Assembly (NCBI GenBank): GCA_963740605.1
Contig: CAVUFC010000028.1
Location: forward strand, 40,330-104,329
DNA: 64,000 bases
Source of the DNA: an uncultured Solirubrobacteraceae bacterium
GTDB lineage: Bacteria > Actinomycetota > Thermoleophilia > Solirubrobacterales > Solirubrobacteraceae
Reading direction: 5' to 3'
Shown: positions 17,796 to 27,825 of the stretch, piece after piece
Position numbering within the stretch: position 1 is the first letter of the stretch
How the letters are laid out: every line of letters begins with the position of its first letter
The notes under the pieces: model-generated
Database searches by the model: none
The model's input: the letters and a program-made list of their open reading frames with translations, nothing else
What the model was told of the DNA's origin: nothing
Made by a program: the position numbers and the translations under genes

Positions 17796-18199
17796 CGGTC
17801 CGCCCCGCCCGTCAGGAGGACCTCGACGCCGTGCTGGCCCTGTGGGGCGGGGCCCGCAGCGCCCACGCGGTGACCGAGGACACGCCGGAGCGGGTGGCGG
17901 CTCTCCTCGAGCACGACGCTCTGCTCGTCGCGGAGGTCGACGGCGAGGTCGTCGGCGCCGTGATCGCGGCGTTCGACGGCTGGCGCGGCAACTTCTACCG
18001 CCTGGCCGTCGCGCCCGACGTTCGCCGTCGCGGTATCGGCGCGCAGCTCGTGGCGGTCGGTGAGGCGCACCTGCGGGCGGCCGGGGCGCCCCGTGTCACC
18101 GCCCTGGTCGCGTTCGATGACGACGTCGCGCGCGGGTTCTGGGCCGCGGTGGGCTACGACGCCGACCTCGAGATCGGCCGCATGGTGCGGTCGATCTGA
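17792..18199 (+). CDS. GNAT-family N-acetyltransferase
   Basis: VAPDVRRRGIGAQLV acetyl-CoA motif A. GTG 17792 overlaps the nfo stop (GTGA). Confidence 0.75.
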   Translation: MTVRPARQEDLDAVLALWGGARSAHAVTEDTPERVAALLEHDALLVAEVDGEVVGAVIAAFDGWRGNFYRLAVAPDVRRRGIGAQLVAVGEAHLRAAGAPRVTALVAFDDDVARGFWAAVGYDADLEIGRMVRSI

Positions 18200-18207
18200 C
18201 GCCGGGG

Positions 18208-19056
18208 TCAACCGCTCGCGGCGGCGAGCAGCGGGACGATCACGTCGCTGATCGGCGTCGCGATGCCGTGGGCGCGGCCGCGGCGGGCGATGACGCCGTT
18301 GCGGGCGTCCCATTCGAGCGGGCGGCCGGCTTCGCGGTCGGCGAGGATCGAGGTGCCGGCGTCGTCCGGCAGCTCGGCGAACCAGCGCATGATCTCGTCC
18401 GCGACGGCGTCGTCCAGGTCGGCGCCCTCGGCACGGGCGACGGCGAGCGCCTCGGCCGCGAGTGCGCGGGCGAGGCGCTGCGCCTCGACGCTCTCGAACA
18501 TCGCCGCGCGGCGGCCGGTGAGGGCCATCAGGCCCGCTACGGCGTTGACGGTCAGCTTGTGCCAGGTCTGCGTGAGGAAGTCGTCGACGATCTCGGCTCC
18601 CTCGAGCAGGTTCGCGACCACGTCGGCGCCCGGCTCGCGCGGCAGAACAAAGCGCGGCGGCGTGACGACACGGACGTGGCCGGGTGCCGTCACCTCGGTG
18701 GCGAGCCAGACGACGGTCGGCAGGACCGTCGCGCCGGCCACCAACGGCGCGACGAGCTCGCGCTGCTCGACGCCGTTCTGGAGCACCGCGACGACCGTCT
18801 CCCGGCCAGTCAATGCGCGCAGGAAGCCGGAGGCCGCCTCGGTCTGGTGCGCCTTGACCGCGAGCAGCACGACGTCGGCTCGCCACGGCACGGCCGCGGG
18901 ATCCGTGATTACCGGGCCGGGGACGATTTCGTCGCCGACGACCAGCCGCTCGAGCGGCGTGCGCCCGCACAGCGCGAGCTCCGCGCCGGCGCGCTGCGCC
19001 ATCGCCGCGGCGGCCCCTCCGATCGCGCCCGGGCCGACGACCGCGACGCGGGTCAC
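18208..19056 (-). CDS. panE: 2-dehydropantoate 2-reductase (ketopantoate reductase family)
   Basis: VAVVGPGAIGG Rossmann N-terminus, ApbA/PanE-like C-terminal half. GTG overlaps the dnaE stop. Confidence 0.75.
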   Translation of the reverse strand: MTRVAVVGPGAIGGAAAAMAQRAGAELALCGRTPLERLVVGDEIVPGPVITDPAAVPWRADVVLLAVKAHQTEAASGFLRALTGRETVVAVLQNGVEQRELVAPLVAGATVLPTVVWLATEVTAPGHVRVVTPPRFVLPREPGADVVANLLEGAEIVDDFLTQTWHKLTVNAVAGLMALTGRRAAMFESVEAQRLARALAAEALAVARAEGADLDDAVADEIMRWFAELPDDAGTSILADREAGRPLEWDARNGVIARRGRAHGIATPISDVIVPLLAAASG

Positions 19057-22000
19057 GCAGCCGCGGTGACGGGCGCCGGTGCCGGCCCCAGCAGGCGATC
19101 GAGCTCAGCGGAGAGCGCGCCGTTGCGGCCGGCGATCTTGTACGCCTCACCGAACCGCAGGTAGCGGATGCCGTTGCGCGTGTGCATCTCGAGCACGAAC
19201 TCGGCGTCGCCGGGATAGCGGTCGAACAGGTCGCGCAGCTCCTCGATCACCGTCGGCTGCAGCCGGGCGGCGTCGACGCGGCGGCGGAGGTCGTTCGGCA
19301 CGGCCTCGGCGGCGAGGCGCGCGACCTGCTCCTTGGCCTTCTCGATCTCCTTCTCGGACGGATCGAAGCGCTCGACGTCCTGGACGATGATGCAGACCTT
19401 GCCGGCCTCCTTGTGGTCGACCCGGCCGCGCACGAGCACGATCTCGTCGGCCTTCACGACCTCCTCGACGGCGGCCAGCGCCTTCTCGAACACCACGATC
19501 TCGACCGCGCCGTCGAGGTCGTCGACCGTCGCGAACATCATCGTCGTCCCGGTCCGGGTCCGGATCTTCTTGGACTCGGTGATCATCCCGCCGACCTTCA
19601 CCCACTCGCCGTCGCGCTGGTCCATCACGTGGGCGCAGCTGCAGTCGGCCTTCATGCGGAGCGCCTCGCGCACGCGCTTGAGCGGGTGCTCGCTGATGAA
19701 CAGGCCGATCGACTCCTTCTCGGCCGCCAGCAGCTCCTGCCGCTCGTACTCGTGGGTCGGGATCGGCGGATGGGCGGGAGCGAACGCGTTGCTGGAGGCC
19801 ATGTCCTCGCCCCCGAGGCCGCCCAGGTCGAAGATCGAGCCCTGGCCGATCTGCGCATCGAGCTGCGCCTTCTGGCCGGCGCCCTGCGCGGACTCCAGCA
19901 CGTCGAGCATGCCACGGCGCGTCGCGCCCGTGGAGCCGAACGCCCCACACTTGATCAGCGCCTCGATCGCCTTCTTGTTGACCGCCCGGCAGTCGACGCG
20001 CTCGCAGAACTCCCACAGGCTGGTGAACGAGCCGCTCTCCTCGCGGGCGCGCTTGATCGCCTCGACCGCCGCGTAGCCGACGCCCTTGACGGCATCGAGC
20101 CCGAAGCGGATGTTGCCGTCGACGACCATGAACTCGTGGTCGGACTGGTTGACGTCCGGCGGCAGGATCTCGATCCCCATGCTCTCCGCCTGGTTGACGA
20201 AGAACGGCACCTTGTCCTTGGTGTCCATCACCGAGGAGATCAGCGCGGCCATGTACTCGGCGGGGTAGTTGGCCTTCAGCCACGCGGTGCGGTAGGCGAT
20301 CAGCCCGTAGCAGGCGGCGTGGGAGCGGTTGAACGAGTAGTCGGCCGAGCGCTCGTTGACCGTCCACAGCCACTCCGTGACGTCCTCCGACGTGCCCGAA
20401 GCCCGGCAGCCCTCGTAGAAGAGCGGCTTGAGCTTGGCCATCGCGTCGCGGTTCTTCTTGCCGATCGCCTTGCGCAGGTCGTCGGCCTTCGGACCGGAGA
20501 AGCCGGCGATCGTCTTGGCGATCTGCATCGACTGCTCCTGGTACAGGATCACGCCCTTCGTGGCCTCGGTGATCGGGCGCAGCCGGTCGTCCACGTACGT
20601 GACGGTCTCCGGGTTGCGCTTGCCGCGGGCGTACGTCGGGATCTGGTCCATGGCGCCTGGCCGATACAGCGCGTTGAGCGCCACGAGATCCTCGAACTCG
20701 TCTGGGCCGACCTTCTTCAGCGCCTCGCGCATGCCCTCGGACTCGAACTGGAACACGCCCACCGAGTCGCCCCGAGCCATCATCGCGAACGTCTTCTCGT
20801 CGTCGAGCGGGAGCGTCGTCATGTCGATCCGCTCGCCGGTCGCGCGCTCGATGATGGCCAGCGCGTCCTCGATCACGTCGAGGTTGCGCAGGCCGAGGAA
20901 GTCCATCTTCAGCAGGCCGATCTCCTCGACGGGCTTCATCGAGTACTGCGTCACCGTCCGGTAGGCCTTCTGGCCGTCCTCGGTGGTGCCGGCGTCGGCG
21001 AGCTGGAGCGGCACGATGTCGGTCAGCGGGCGGTCGGAGATCACGACCGCGGCCGCGTGGATCGACGCGTTGCGGACGATCCCCTCGAGGCCGCGCGCGA
21101 CATCGACGATCTGCTTCGCCGTCGGATCCTTCGAGTACTCGACCGCGAGGTCGGCGCCCGGCTGGAGGCATTCGTCGAAGCTCGGCGGGCGGCCCATGAT
21201 CGGATCCGGGATCAGCTTCGCCAGCCGGTCCCCCATGCCGTAGTCGTGCCCGAGGACGCGGGCGGCATCCCGCGTCGCCGCGCGCGGGAACATCTTGCCG
21301 AACGTGATGATCTGGGCCACGCGATCGGTCCCGTACTTCTCGGTCACGTAGCGGATCACGCGCTCGCGACCGCGGACCGAGAAGTCGATGTCGATATCCG
21401 GCATCGACACGCGCTCGGCGTTCAGGAAGCGCTCGAACAGGAGGTCGTAGCGCAGCGGGTCGACATCCGTGATCTGCAGGCAGTAGGAGACGATGCTGCC
21501 AGCCGCGCTGCCGCGCCCCGGGCCGACCGCGATCCCGTTGTTCTTGGCATAGAGGACGAAGTCCCAGACGATCAGGAAGTAGGCGTTGAAGCCCATGCTG
21601 TCGATGACGCCGAGCTCCATCTCCATCCGCTCGACGGCGTCCGCCGGGGGCGGGTCGCCGTAGCGGCTGCGCAGGCCTTCCTCGACCAGCTCGCGCAGGT
21701 ACGTGCGCTCGTCCTTGCCGTCCGGGCAGTCGAACCGCGGGATCAGGTGGTTGCCGAGCGCGATCTCGACGTTGCAGCGCTCGGCGATCTCCAGCGTGTT
21801 GGCGACGGCGCCGGGCATGTCGGCGAACGACTCCGCCATCTCCTCGGTCGACTTGAGGAAGAACTCGTTCGTGTCGAAGCTCATCTTCGGCTGCGCGAGC
21901 GTGGACTTCGTCTGCACGCACAGCAGCGCGGCGTGGTGGTGATAGTCCTCGCGCCGGAGGTAGTGGACATCGGCCGTGGCGACCAGCGGCCGGTTCATCT

Positions 22001-22586
22001 CCTGCGCGAAGCGCGAGATCGCCTCGTTGACCTGCTCCTGCTCCTTGAGGCCGTTGCGCTGGACCTCGAGATAGACGTCCTCGGCCCCGAACACCTGGAT
22101 CAACTCGTCGAGATGGGCGCGCGCCTGGTCGGGCTTGCCCTGGACGATCCGCTGGCTCGACCGGGAGGCGAGGCATCCGCTGAGCGCGATCACGCCTTCG
22201 GCGTGCCGGGACATCACCTCGAGGTCGACCCCCGGCTTGCCGCGGTGCAGTCCTTCGAGGAAGCCGGTGCTCGAGAGCTTGACGAGGTTCCTGAGCCCCT
22301 CATCCGACTGCGCGAGCAGCGTCAGGTGGTTGCGCTCCACCTTCGGGTCGCGGCTGTTGCGGTCGTCCACGAAGTAGGCCTCGAGGCCCACGAGCGGCTT
22401 GATGTCGTGCTTCTTGCAGGCCTTGTAGAGCTCGACCGCGCCGTTCATCACCCCGTGATCGGTGAGCGCGAGCGCGGGCTGGCCGAAGCTCGCGGCACGC
22501 TCGGCGAGCTTGTCGATCTTGCAGGCGCCGTCCAGCAGCGAGTACTCGCTGTGGACGTGAAGGTGGACGCATCCGGGCGCTGTCAC
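19053..22586 (-). CDS. dnaE: DNA polymerase III subunit alpha
   Basis: 1177 aa. PHP domain HLHVHSEYSLLDGA, DIDIDF, and a full-length DnaE pattern. Confidence 0.95.
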   Translation of the reverse strand: MTAPGCVHLHVHSEYSLLDGACKIDKLAERAASFGQPALALTDHGVMNGAVELYKACKKHDIKPLVGLEAYFVDDRNSRDPKVERNHLTLLAQSDEGLRNLVKLSSTGFLEGLHRGKPGVDLEVMSRHAEGVIALSGCLASRSSQRIVQGKPDQARAHLDELIQVFGAEDVYLEVQRNGLKEQEQVNEAISRFAQEMNRPLVATADVHYLRREDYHHHAALLCVQTKSTLAQPKMSFDTNEFFLKSTEEMAESFADMPGAVANTLEIAERCNVEIALGNHLIPRFDCPDGKDERTYLRELVEEGLRSRYGDPPPADAVERMEMELGVIDSMGFNAYFLIVWDFVLYAKNNGIAVGPGRGSAAGSIVSYCLQITDVDPLRYDLLFERFLNAERVSMPDIDIDFSVRGRERVIRYVTEKYGTDRVAQIITFGKMFPRAATRDAARVLGHDYGMGDRLAKLIPDPIMGRPPSFDECLQPGADLAVEYSKDPTAKQIVDVARGLEGIVRNASIHAAAVVISDRPLTDIVPLQLADAGTTEDGQKAYRTVTQYSMKPVEEIGLLKMDFLGLRNLDVIEDALAIIERATGERIDMTTLPLDDEKTFAMMARGDSVGVFQFESEGMREALKKVGPDEFEDLVALNALYRPGAMDQIPTYARGKRNPETVTYVDDRLRPITEATKGVILYQEQSMQIAKTIAGFSGPKADDLRKAIGKKNRDAMAKLKPLFYEGCRASGTSEDVTEWLWTVNERSADYSFNRSHAACYGLIAYRTAWLKANYPAEYMAALISSVMDTKDKVPFFVNQAESMGIEILPPDVNQSDHEFMVVDGNIRFGLDAVKGVGYAAVEAIKRAREESGSFTSLWEFCERVDCRAVNKKAIEALIKCGAFGSTGATRRGMLDVLESAQGAGQKAQLDAQIGQGSIFDLGGLGGEDMASSNAFAPAHPPIPTHEYERQELLAAEKESIGLFISEHPLKRVREALRMKADCSCAHVMDQRDGEWVKVGGMITESKKIRTRTGTTMMFATVDDLDGAVEIVVFEKALAAVEEVVKADEIVLVRGRVDHKEAGKVCIIVQDVERFDPSEKEIEKAKEQVARLAAEAVPNDLRRRVDAARLQPTVIEELRDLFDRYPGDAEFVLEMHTRNGIRYLRFGEAYKIAGRNGALSAELDRLLGPAPAPVTAAA

Positions 22587-22684
22587 GGGTCGACAACCCT
22601 ACGAACTGATTCGGACGCGTTCGGGTTGACGACCCGCATCGTGCGGGACTAGCGTGAACCGATGGTTGGAAGGGTCGCCAGCCG

Positions 22685-23341
22685 ATGAGCATCGTCCCCC
22701 TGTGGAGGATCACCGCGGCGAGCACAGTCGCCGCCGATCTGCGCGAGGCGTTGCTCTCGGGGCTGTTCGCGCCCGGCACGCAACTGGCGCCGGAGGATCT
22801 CGCCGGACGCACCGGCACCGACCCCGCGACGGTCCGCGAGGCCCTGTGCGAGCTCGAGCGCGACGGGCTCGTCATCCACTCGCTGCACCGCGGCCCCGAG
22901 GTCGCGCACCTGACGGCCGACGAGCTGCGGGACATCTACGCCGCGCGCCGCGTCTACGAGGTCGCGGGGCTGCAGGCCATGCTGCGAGCGCGGCCGGTCG
23001 ACGTGAGCTGGCTCGGCGCGGCGGTCGAGCGGATGGGCGAGGCGTCGATCGCCGGCAACGAGCGCGCGCTGGTGGAGGCCGACCTCGCGTTCCACCTCGC
23101 GATCGTCGCCGCGGCGGGGTCGCGGCGGCTCACGCGTGCCGCCCAGAGCGGGCTGATGGAGTTGCGGCTGGTGCTCTCCGTGGCCGACCGTGAGGCCGAC
23201 GACATGCCGGCCCTCGTCGCCGACCACCAGTATCTGATCGAGGTCTTCCGGGCCGGGCACGTGCGCGAGTCGGTCGCCGCGCTCGAGGACCATCTCGGCC
23301 GCGGCGAAGTCCTCGCCCGCTCGACCGCGTCTGTGCTCTGA
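22685..23341 (+). CDS. GntR-family (FadR/FCD-type) transcriptional regulator
   Basis: wHTH ...EDLAGRTGTDPATVREALCELERDGLVI..., FCD-like helical C-terminus. Confidence 0.85.
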   Translation: MSIVPLWRITAASTVAADLREALLSGLFAPGTQLAPEDLAGRTGTDPATVREALCELERDGLVIHSLHRGPEVAHLTADELRDIYAARRVYEVAGLQAMLRARPVDVSWLGAAVERMGEASIAGNERALVEADLAFHLAIVAAAGSRRLTRAAQSGLMELRLVLSVADREADDMPALVADHQYLIEVFRAGHVRESVAALEDHLGRGEVLARSTASVL

Positions 23342-23342
23342 C

Positions 23343-26261
23343 CTAGCGGGCGTCTTCGGTCCAGGAATGGATGAGCGCGACTGCGCCAGCGTCGCCGCGG
23401 ATCACCGGCCGCTCGCCGCTCGGGACGAGGTCGTTGCGCAGGAGCCGGTCGAACGTGGCGCGGGTCATGGTGACCCTGGCGGCGGGTTCGTCGGCAGGTG
23501 GGTTGGCCGAGACCGTGAGGCCGGTGCCGTCGCTCGCCGTCAGGAACCAGGTCTCCGCCGGGTCGCTGTCGATCGTCTGCGCGACCGTGAACGAGTGGCC
23601 CTTCGTCTGGGACGGGTGCACCGCGTAGGCGAACGTGCGGTAGACGAGCTCGGGATCGAGCTGTGCGCCGGCACGGGCGGCGTCCGCGAGCGTGAGCGTG
23701 CTCTGCGGGAGCGCCTGGAGCGCCTTCACGCGGCGCTTGCGGCCGCGCACCCGCGCCGGGCCGAAGAAGCGCCCGATGCGGTGCTCGACGCCCGCCAGCA
23801 GCTCGGCGAGGATCAGCGGGTCGGCGGTCAGGTGGAACTCGGCGTCGGGGCGGCCGCGCGGGCGGTCGAGCGGTTCGACGAAGGCGCGCCCGCCGGCGAT
23901 CGCGACCGAGTACGTGCCCACGCCGCTGATCGTCAGGTCGTAGCCGAGCGGGCCGTCGATGACGGCCCCCTGCGCCGGCAGCAGCGCCGCGAGGACGCGG
24001 CCGGCGAGCGCGGCGTTGTCGTGCGCGAGCTTGACGATGGCGCCGCGGAGCAGCGGGTAGTCGCGGCGCTCGGTGCCGAGCATGAGGCCGCGAGCCGGTG
24101 GCTTGGTCGCCGAGATGATGCGCGGGGCGCTCGGCGCGACGAGCGCCTCGGCGGCCGGCGGCGGGGCTGCGACGGGCTCTGCCGGCGGCGCGTCGAGATC
24201 GGGCGCGGGCAGCGGGACGAGCTCGGGCGTGGGCGGCGCGGCGGTCAGTGTCTCCGGCGGCGACCACTCGACGTACGGCTCGGCGTCCGGCGCGGGCGGC
24301 TCGAGCAGCACACCGGCGTGCTCGTATCCGGGCGGCGCCCACTGGACGTCGGGCTGGTCCGGCCCGGCTCGCCGGCGCTCGACTCCCGGCTCGACGGGCT
24401 CCCGCTCGCTCTCGACGATCTCCGACCACTCGACCACCGGCTCCGCGTCGGGCGCGGCCGGCTCTTCCTCCGGCGCCGACCACTCGACCGCTGGCTCGGC
24501 GTCGGGCGCCACCGGCTCGGCCTGCGGCACCGGCGACGCCCACGCCTCGGCCTCGGGCTCCGAGGGCACCTCCGCCGGGATCTCGAAGGCGGCGGTGGCG
24601 GGCGCCTCGGCCGCCGGCCACGGCGCGTCCTCGCTGGCGGGCTCGGCGTCGGGTGCGGGCGGCTCCGGCGTGCGGCTCCGCAACGCCTCGGCGGCGGCGT
24701 CGAGATTCGCGACCATGCGCGTCGAGTCCTCGGCCGGCGCCCAGGCGGGCGCGGCGGCGGCCTGTTCCTGGGCAAGCCGCTCGAGCTGCTCGCGACCGGT
24801 GCGCTCGAGCTCGGCGATCCGCTCCTGCAGTGTCGTGCCTTCGGCGCGCCGGGCCGCGCGCTCGGCGTCGAGCTCCGTGCGCAGCTCCTCGACGTCGGTG
24901 CGCGCCGCGGTGGCCGCCGCCCGTGCGAGCTCGAGCTCGGCGCGCAGGTCGTTCGCCGCGCTGTGTGAGAACGCGGCTTCGCGCCGCGCGGCGTCGAGAT
25001 CGGCGGCGAGCGCGTCGGCGGCGGCGCGCGCAGACGCCCCGTCGGCCTGCGCGGACGCGGCGTCAGACCGCGCGGTTTGAAGATCGGCGGCGAGCGTGCC
25101 GGCGGTCGCGCGGCTCGACGCGGCGTTGGCCCGTGTCGTCTCGAGGTCGGCCCGGAGCCGGTCGGCCTCGGCGCGGGCGGCGCGCAACTCGTCGCCGGTG
25201 CGATCCGCGGCGCGGGCGGCGCGTTCGCGGTCGAGCTCGTCCTCGAGCGTGGTGCGGGCGACAGTCTCCACCTGCAGGCGGGCCTCGGCCGTCGCGGCAC
25301 GAGCTTCGGCCTCGGCGACCACGGCCTCGAGCCCGCGCGCCTCCTCGAGCGCGGCGCGGACCGACGTCAGCTCGGCCTCGAGCTCGGCGCGGCGGCGATC
25401 CCAGGCGGCGCGTGCCTCGCCGAACCGTCCGTCGGCCTCACCCAGCGCCGCACGCGCGGACACGGCCTCGGCCTCTGCCTCGTCCAGCGCGGCGCGGAGC
25501 GCCGGCGCGGTGGTGGCCTTCTCGGCCTCCAGCACGGCCAGGCGCACGGCGTCCCCCGCGCGCGTGACCTCGTGGGTCCGCAGTCGCAGTTGCCATTCGC
25601 GCGAACGGGACCGCAGGTCGGCGGCCGACGCCAGCGCGGCCGTCAGCGCGCCCCGCCGCTCGTCCGCCTCGGTCTCGCGCGCCAGCAGCGTGTCGCGCTC
25701 GGCGGTCGCCTCCTCCAGGCGCCGCTCCAGCTCGGTCGAGCGCAGCTCCAGCACCTCGACGGCCTTCAGCGCCTCGGCGGCGACGCGCGCCTGCTGCTTC
25801 TCGGCCGCCTCGGCCCGGCGGGCGCGCCGCTCGGCCAGCACGGCCCGGTCGATCACCTCGCCGCCGGAATCCTCGATCTCAGGCTCAGGCCGCGCCGCTC
25901 CCGGCACCGGCGGTGGCTCGACCCCGCGCGACAAGACCGGGAGTCCCGCCCGTGTGCCGCTCGCCCACTCCAGCCACAGGGCGTCGGGATCGGCCGCGAC
26001 CAGCGCCGCGGGCACGAGATAGGTCCCCCGCCAGGAGCCGGGATCGCGTGAGAAGCGCGCGTCGGGCAGCGAGTCGAACCGATGCTCGGCCCCCGCGGCG
26101 CGCAGCGCCAGCACCGGCAGGTCCGGCTGGCGGGCGCCTTCGTCGGTCCACCGCCCGCGCACGCGCACGAGTCCGCTCTCGGCCCCCGATGGGAGCCATT
26201 CGACCGTCTCTACGGCGAGGCCCGGGAGCGCAGGGATGCTCGGAGACGAGGACTCGGCCAC
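23343..26261 (-). CDS. 972-aa protein: N-terminal domain, ~400-aa Ala/Glu/Arg coiled coil, acidic Pro-rich 18-aa repeats, two SCP2-like C-terminal domains
   Basis: Heptad-like AELE/ARAA runs. Repeats of PDAEPxVEWS. The C-terminus has two segments with an SCP2-like pattern (LAELLAG..., TFDRLL...). Confidence 0.7.
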   Translation of the reverse strand: MAESSSPSIPALPGLAVETVEWLPSGAESGLVRVRGRWTDEGARQPDLPVLALRAAGAEHRFDSLPDARFSRDPGSWRGTYLVPAALVAADPDALWLEWASGTRAGLPVLSRGVEPPPVPGAARPEPEIEDSGGEVIDRAVLAERRARRAEAAEKQQARVAAEALKAVEVLELRSTELERRLEEATAERDTLLARETEADERRGALTAALASAADLRSRSREWQLRLRTHEVTRAGDAVRLAVLEAEKATTAPALRAALDEAEAEAVSARAALGEADGRFGEARAAWDRRRAELEAELTSVRAALEEARGLEAVVAEAEARAATAEARLQVETVARTTLEDELDRERAARAADRTGDELRAARAEADRLRADLETTRANAASSRATAGTLAADLQTARSDAASAQADGASARAAADALAADLDAARREAAFSHSAANDLRAELELARAAATAARTDVEELRTELDAERAARRAEGTTLQERIAELERTGREQLERLAQEQAAAAPAWAPAEDSTRMVANLDAAAEALRSRTPEPPAPDAEPASEDAPWPAAEAPATAAFEIPAEVPSEPEAEAWASPVPQAEPVAPDAEPAVEWSAPEEEPAAPDAEPVVEWSEIVESEREPVEPGVERRRAGPDQPDVQWAPPGYEHAGVLLEPPAPDAEPYVEWSPPETLTAAPPTPELVPLPAPDLDAPPAEPVAAPPPAAEALVAPSAPRIISATKPPARGLMLGTERRDYPLLRGAIVKLAHDNAALAGRVLAALLPAQGAVIDGPLGYDLTISGVGTYSVAIAGGRAFVEPLDRPRGRPDAEFHLTADPLILAELLAGVEHRIGRFFGPARVRGRKRRVKALQALPQSTLTLADAARAGAQLDPELVYRTFAYAVHPSQTKGHSFTVAQTIDSDPAETWFLTASDGTGLTVSANPPADEPAARVTMTRATFDRLLRNDLVPSGERPVIRGDAGAVALIHSWTEDAR
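24261..24518. repeat. 54-bp-period coding repeat (3 well-kept ~42-bp copies)
   Basis: CGACCACTCGAC-N5/6-GGCTC-GCGTC-GGCGC at 24261, 24423 and 24477. Offsets are 162 (3x54) and 54 bp. Confidence 0.8.
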
Positions 26262-26324
26262 GACCCATCCATCCTCCCAGACGCACCGGCGCCCGGCGTC
26301 ATAACGCGCCGCAGTTTCCGGGCG

Positions 26325-26492
26325 TCAGCTATCCGACCCGTTGCTGCGCGCCGCCAGGAGGGCGACGCCGCCGACCACCGCGAGCACGGCGCCGGCCACA
26401 ACGGGCTTGGGCAAGTAGGTGCGGCCGTAGCGCTGGCGCAGCATGACCTTCAGGCCGTTCCAGACCAGCATTCCGAGGAGCCGATAGAACAT
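26325..26492 (-). CDS. small (55-aa) membrane protein
   Basis: MFYRLLGMLVWNGL...VVAGAVLAVVGGVALLAA. Starts 10 nt after the argG stop. Confidence 0.35.
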   Translation of the reverse strand: MFYRLLGMLVWNGLKVMLRQRYGRTYLPKPVVAGAVLAVVGGVALLAARSNGSDS

Positions 26493-26502
26493 GCCGGGAG
26501 TT

Positions 26503-27804
26503 CTACCCGTTCCGGAGCCTGTGAGCCATCCGGGACTGCAGCGACCAGATCTCGATGAACCCGGGCGAGGCCTGCTGGGAGAACAGGCCGCCGGACTCGG
26601 CGAACGTGGCGAGCTGCGCGTCGTAGACGGCATTCGGCGACTCGCGCGTCACGACCCGCGCCGATCCCTTGAACAGCTTGAGCCCGATCGTGCCGGTCAC
26701 GCGCTCGTTGACGTGGCGCGCGTACGCTTCGATGTCGGTCCGCAGCGGCTCCCACCACAGGCCCGCGTAGACGAGGTAGGCCCATCTCTGGTCGAGCTGC
26801 GGCTTGAACTGGTTCTGGTGGATCGTCCCGCACAGGCGCTCGAGCTCGCGGTGGGCGGTCAGCAGGATCGCGGCGGCCGGGACCTCGTAGATGTCGCGCA
26901 CCTTCAGGCCGACGATCCGGTCCTCGATGTGGTCGACGATGCCGACCCCGTGCTTGACGCCGAGCTCGGCGGCCGCCTCCAGGAGCGCCACAAGATCCAT
27001 CTGCTCGCCGTTCAAAGCCACCGGCACGCCGGCCTCGAAGCCGACGGTCACGACCTCCGGCTCGTCGGGCGCCAGCTCCGGGCGGGTGACGAGCTGGAAG
27101 ACGTCGTCGTCAGGCGCATGGGAGAGGTCCTCGATCCACTTGCCCTCGGACGATCGGCCCCAGAGGTTGTCGTCGATCGAGTACGGCGCGGTCTCGGTGC
27201 CGCCCTTGACCGGGATGCCGTGCTTGCGCGCGTACGCAATCTCCTCGTCGCGCCCCATCTGCCATGACCGCACCGGTGCGATCACCTTCAGCTCCGGCGC
27301 CAGCGTCGCGATCGTGCCCTCGATCCGCACCTGGTCGTTGCCCTTGCCGGTGCAGCCGTGGGCGATCGTGTCGCAGCCGGTCCGGCGCGCGTACTCGACC
27401 GCCAGCTTGGCGATCAGCGGCCGCCCGAGCGCGGTGAACAGCGGGTAGCCGTCGCCGTAGTCGGCGTTCGCCTGGATCGCCGGGAGCACGTACTCGCGCG
27501 CGAACTCCTCGCGCGCGTCGACCACGTGGGCCTCGAGCGCGCCGAGCCGAAGTGCCTTGCCCTTGACCACGTCGTAGTCCTCGCCCGGCTGGCCGAGATT
27601 CACGGTCAAGGCGACGACCTCCGCCTCGTACTCGTCCTGGATCCACTTGAGCATCACGCTCGTGTCCAGGCCGCCGGAGTACAGGAGCAGCACCCGGCCG
27701 ACCTCGCCGGGCTGGGCCAGGTAGGTCGCCACGCGCGTCGCCTGCGGGTCGGCGACGCGATGGACCTCGGTATGTGTCTTGGGATCGCGCGGCTCGTCGT
27801 TCAC
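26503..27804 (-). CDS. argG: argininosuccinate synthase
   Basis: LLYSGGLDTSV, CTGKGNDQVR, typical ArgG length. Confidence 0.92.
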   Translation of the reverse strand: MNDEPRDPKTHTEVHRVADPQATRVATYLAQPGEVGRVLLLYSGGLDTSVMLKWIQDEYEAEVVALTVNLGQPGEDYDVVKGKALRLGALEAHVVDAREEFAREYVLPAIQANADYGDGYPLFTALGRPLIAKLAVEYARRTGCDTIAHGCTGKGNDQVRIEGTIATLAPELKVIAPVRSWQMGRDEEIAYARKHGIPVKGGTETAPYSIDDNLWGRSSEGKWIEDLSHAPDDDVFQLVTRPELAPDEPEVVTVGFEAGVPVALNGEQMDLVALLEAAAELGVKHGVGIVDHIEDRIVGLKVRDIYEVPAAAILLTAHRELERLCGTIHQNQFKPQLDQRWAYLVYAGLWWEPLRTDIEAYARHVNERVTGTIGLKLFKGSARVVTRESPNAVYDAQLATFAESGGLFSQQASPGFIEIWSLQSRMAHRLRNG

Positions 27805-27825
27805 GACGGGCAGCTTATGAGGACG

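Noticed and set aside
19147-22176. Very long alternative-frame or antisense ORFs. Examples: 19147..22176 (-), 19182..22652 (+), 17480..19150 (-), 13534..15492 (+), 22954..24621 (-), 39521..41311 (-), 28713..30053 (-).
   Set aside because: Their translations are Arg/Pro/Ala/Gly-rich low-complexity strings, typical of shadow ORFs in high-GC DNA. Each overlaps a gene with clear family motifs (dnaE, panE, HDOD-LuxR, argD and others).
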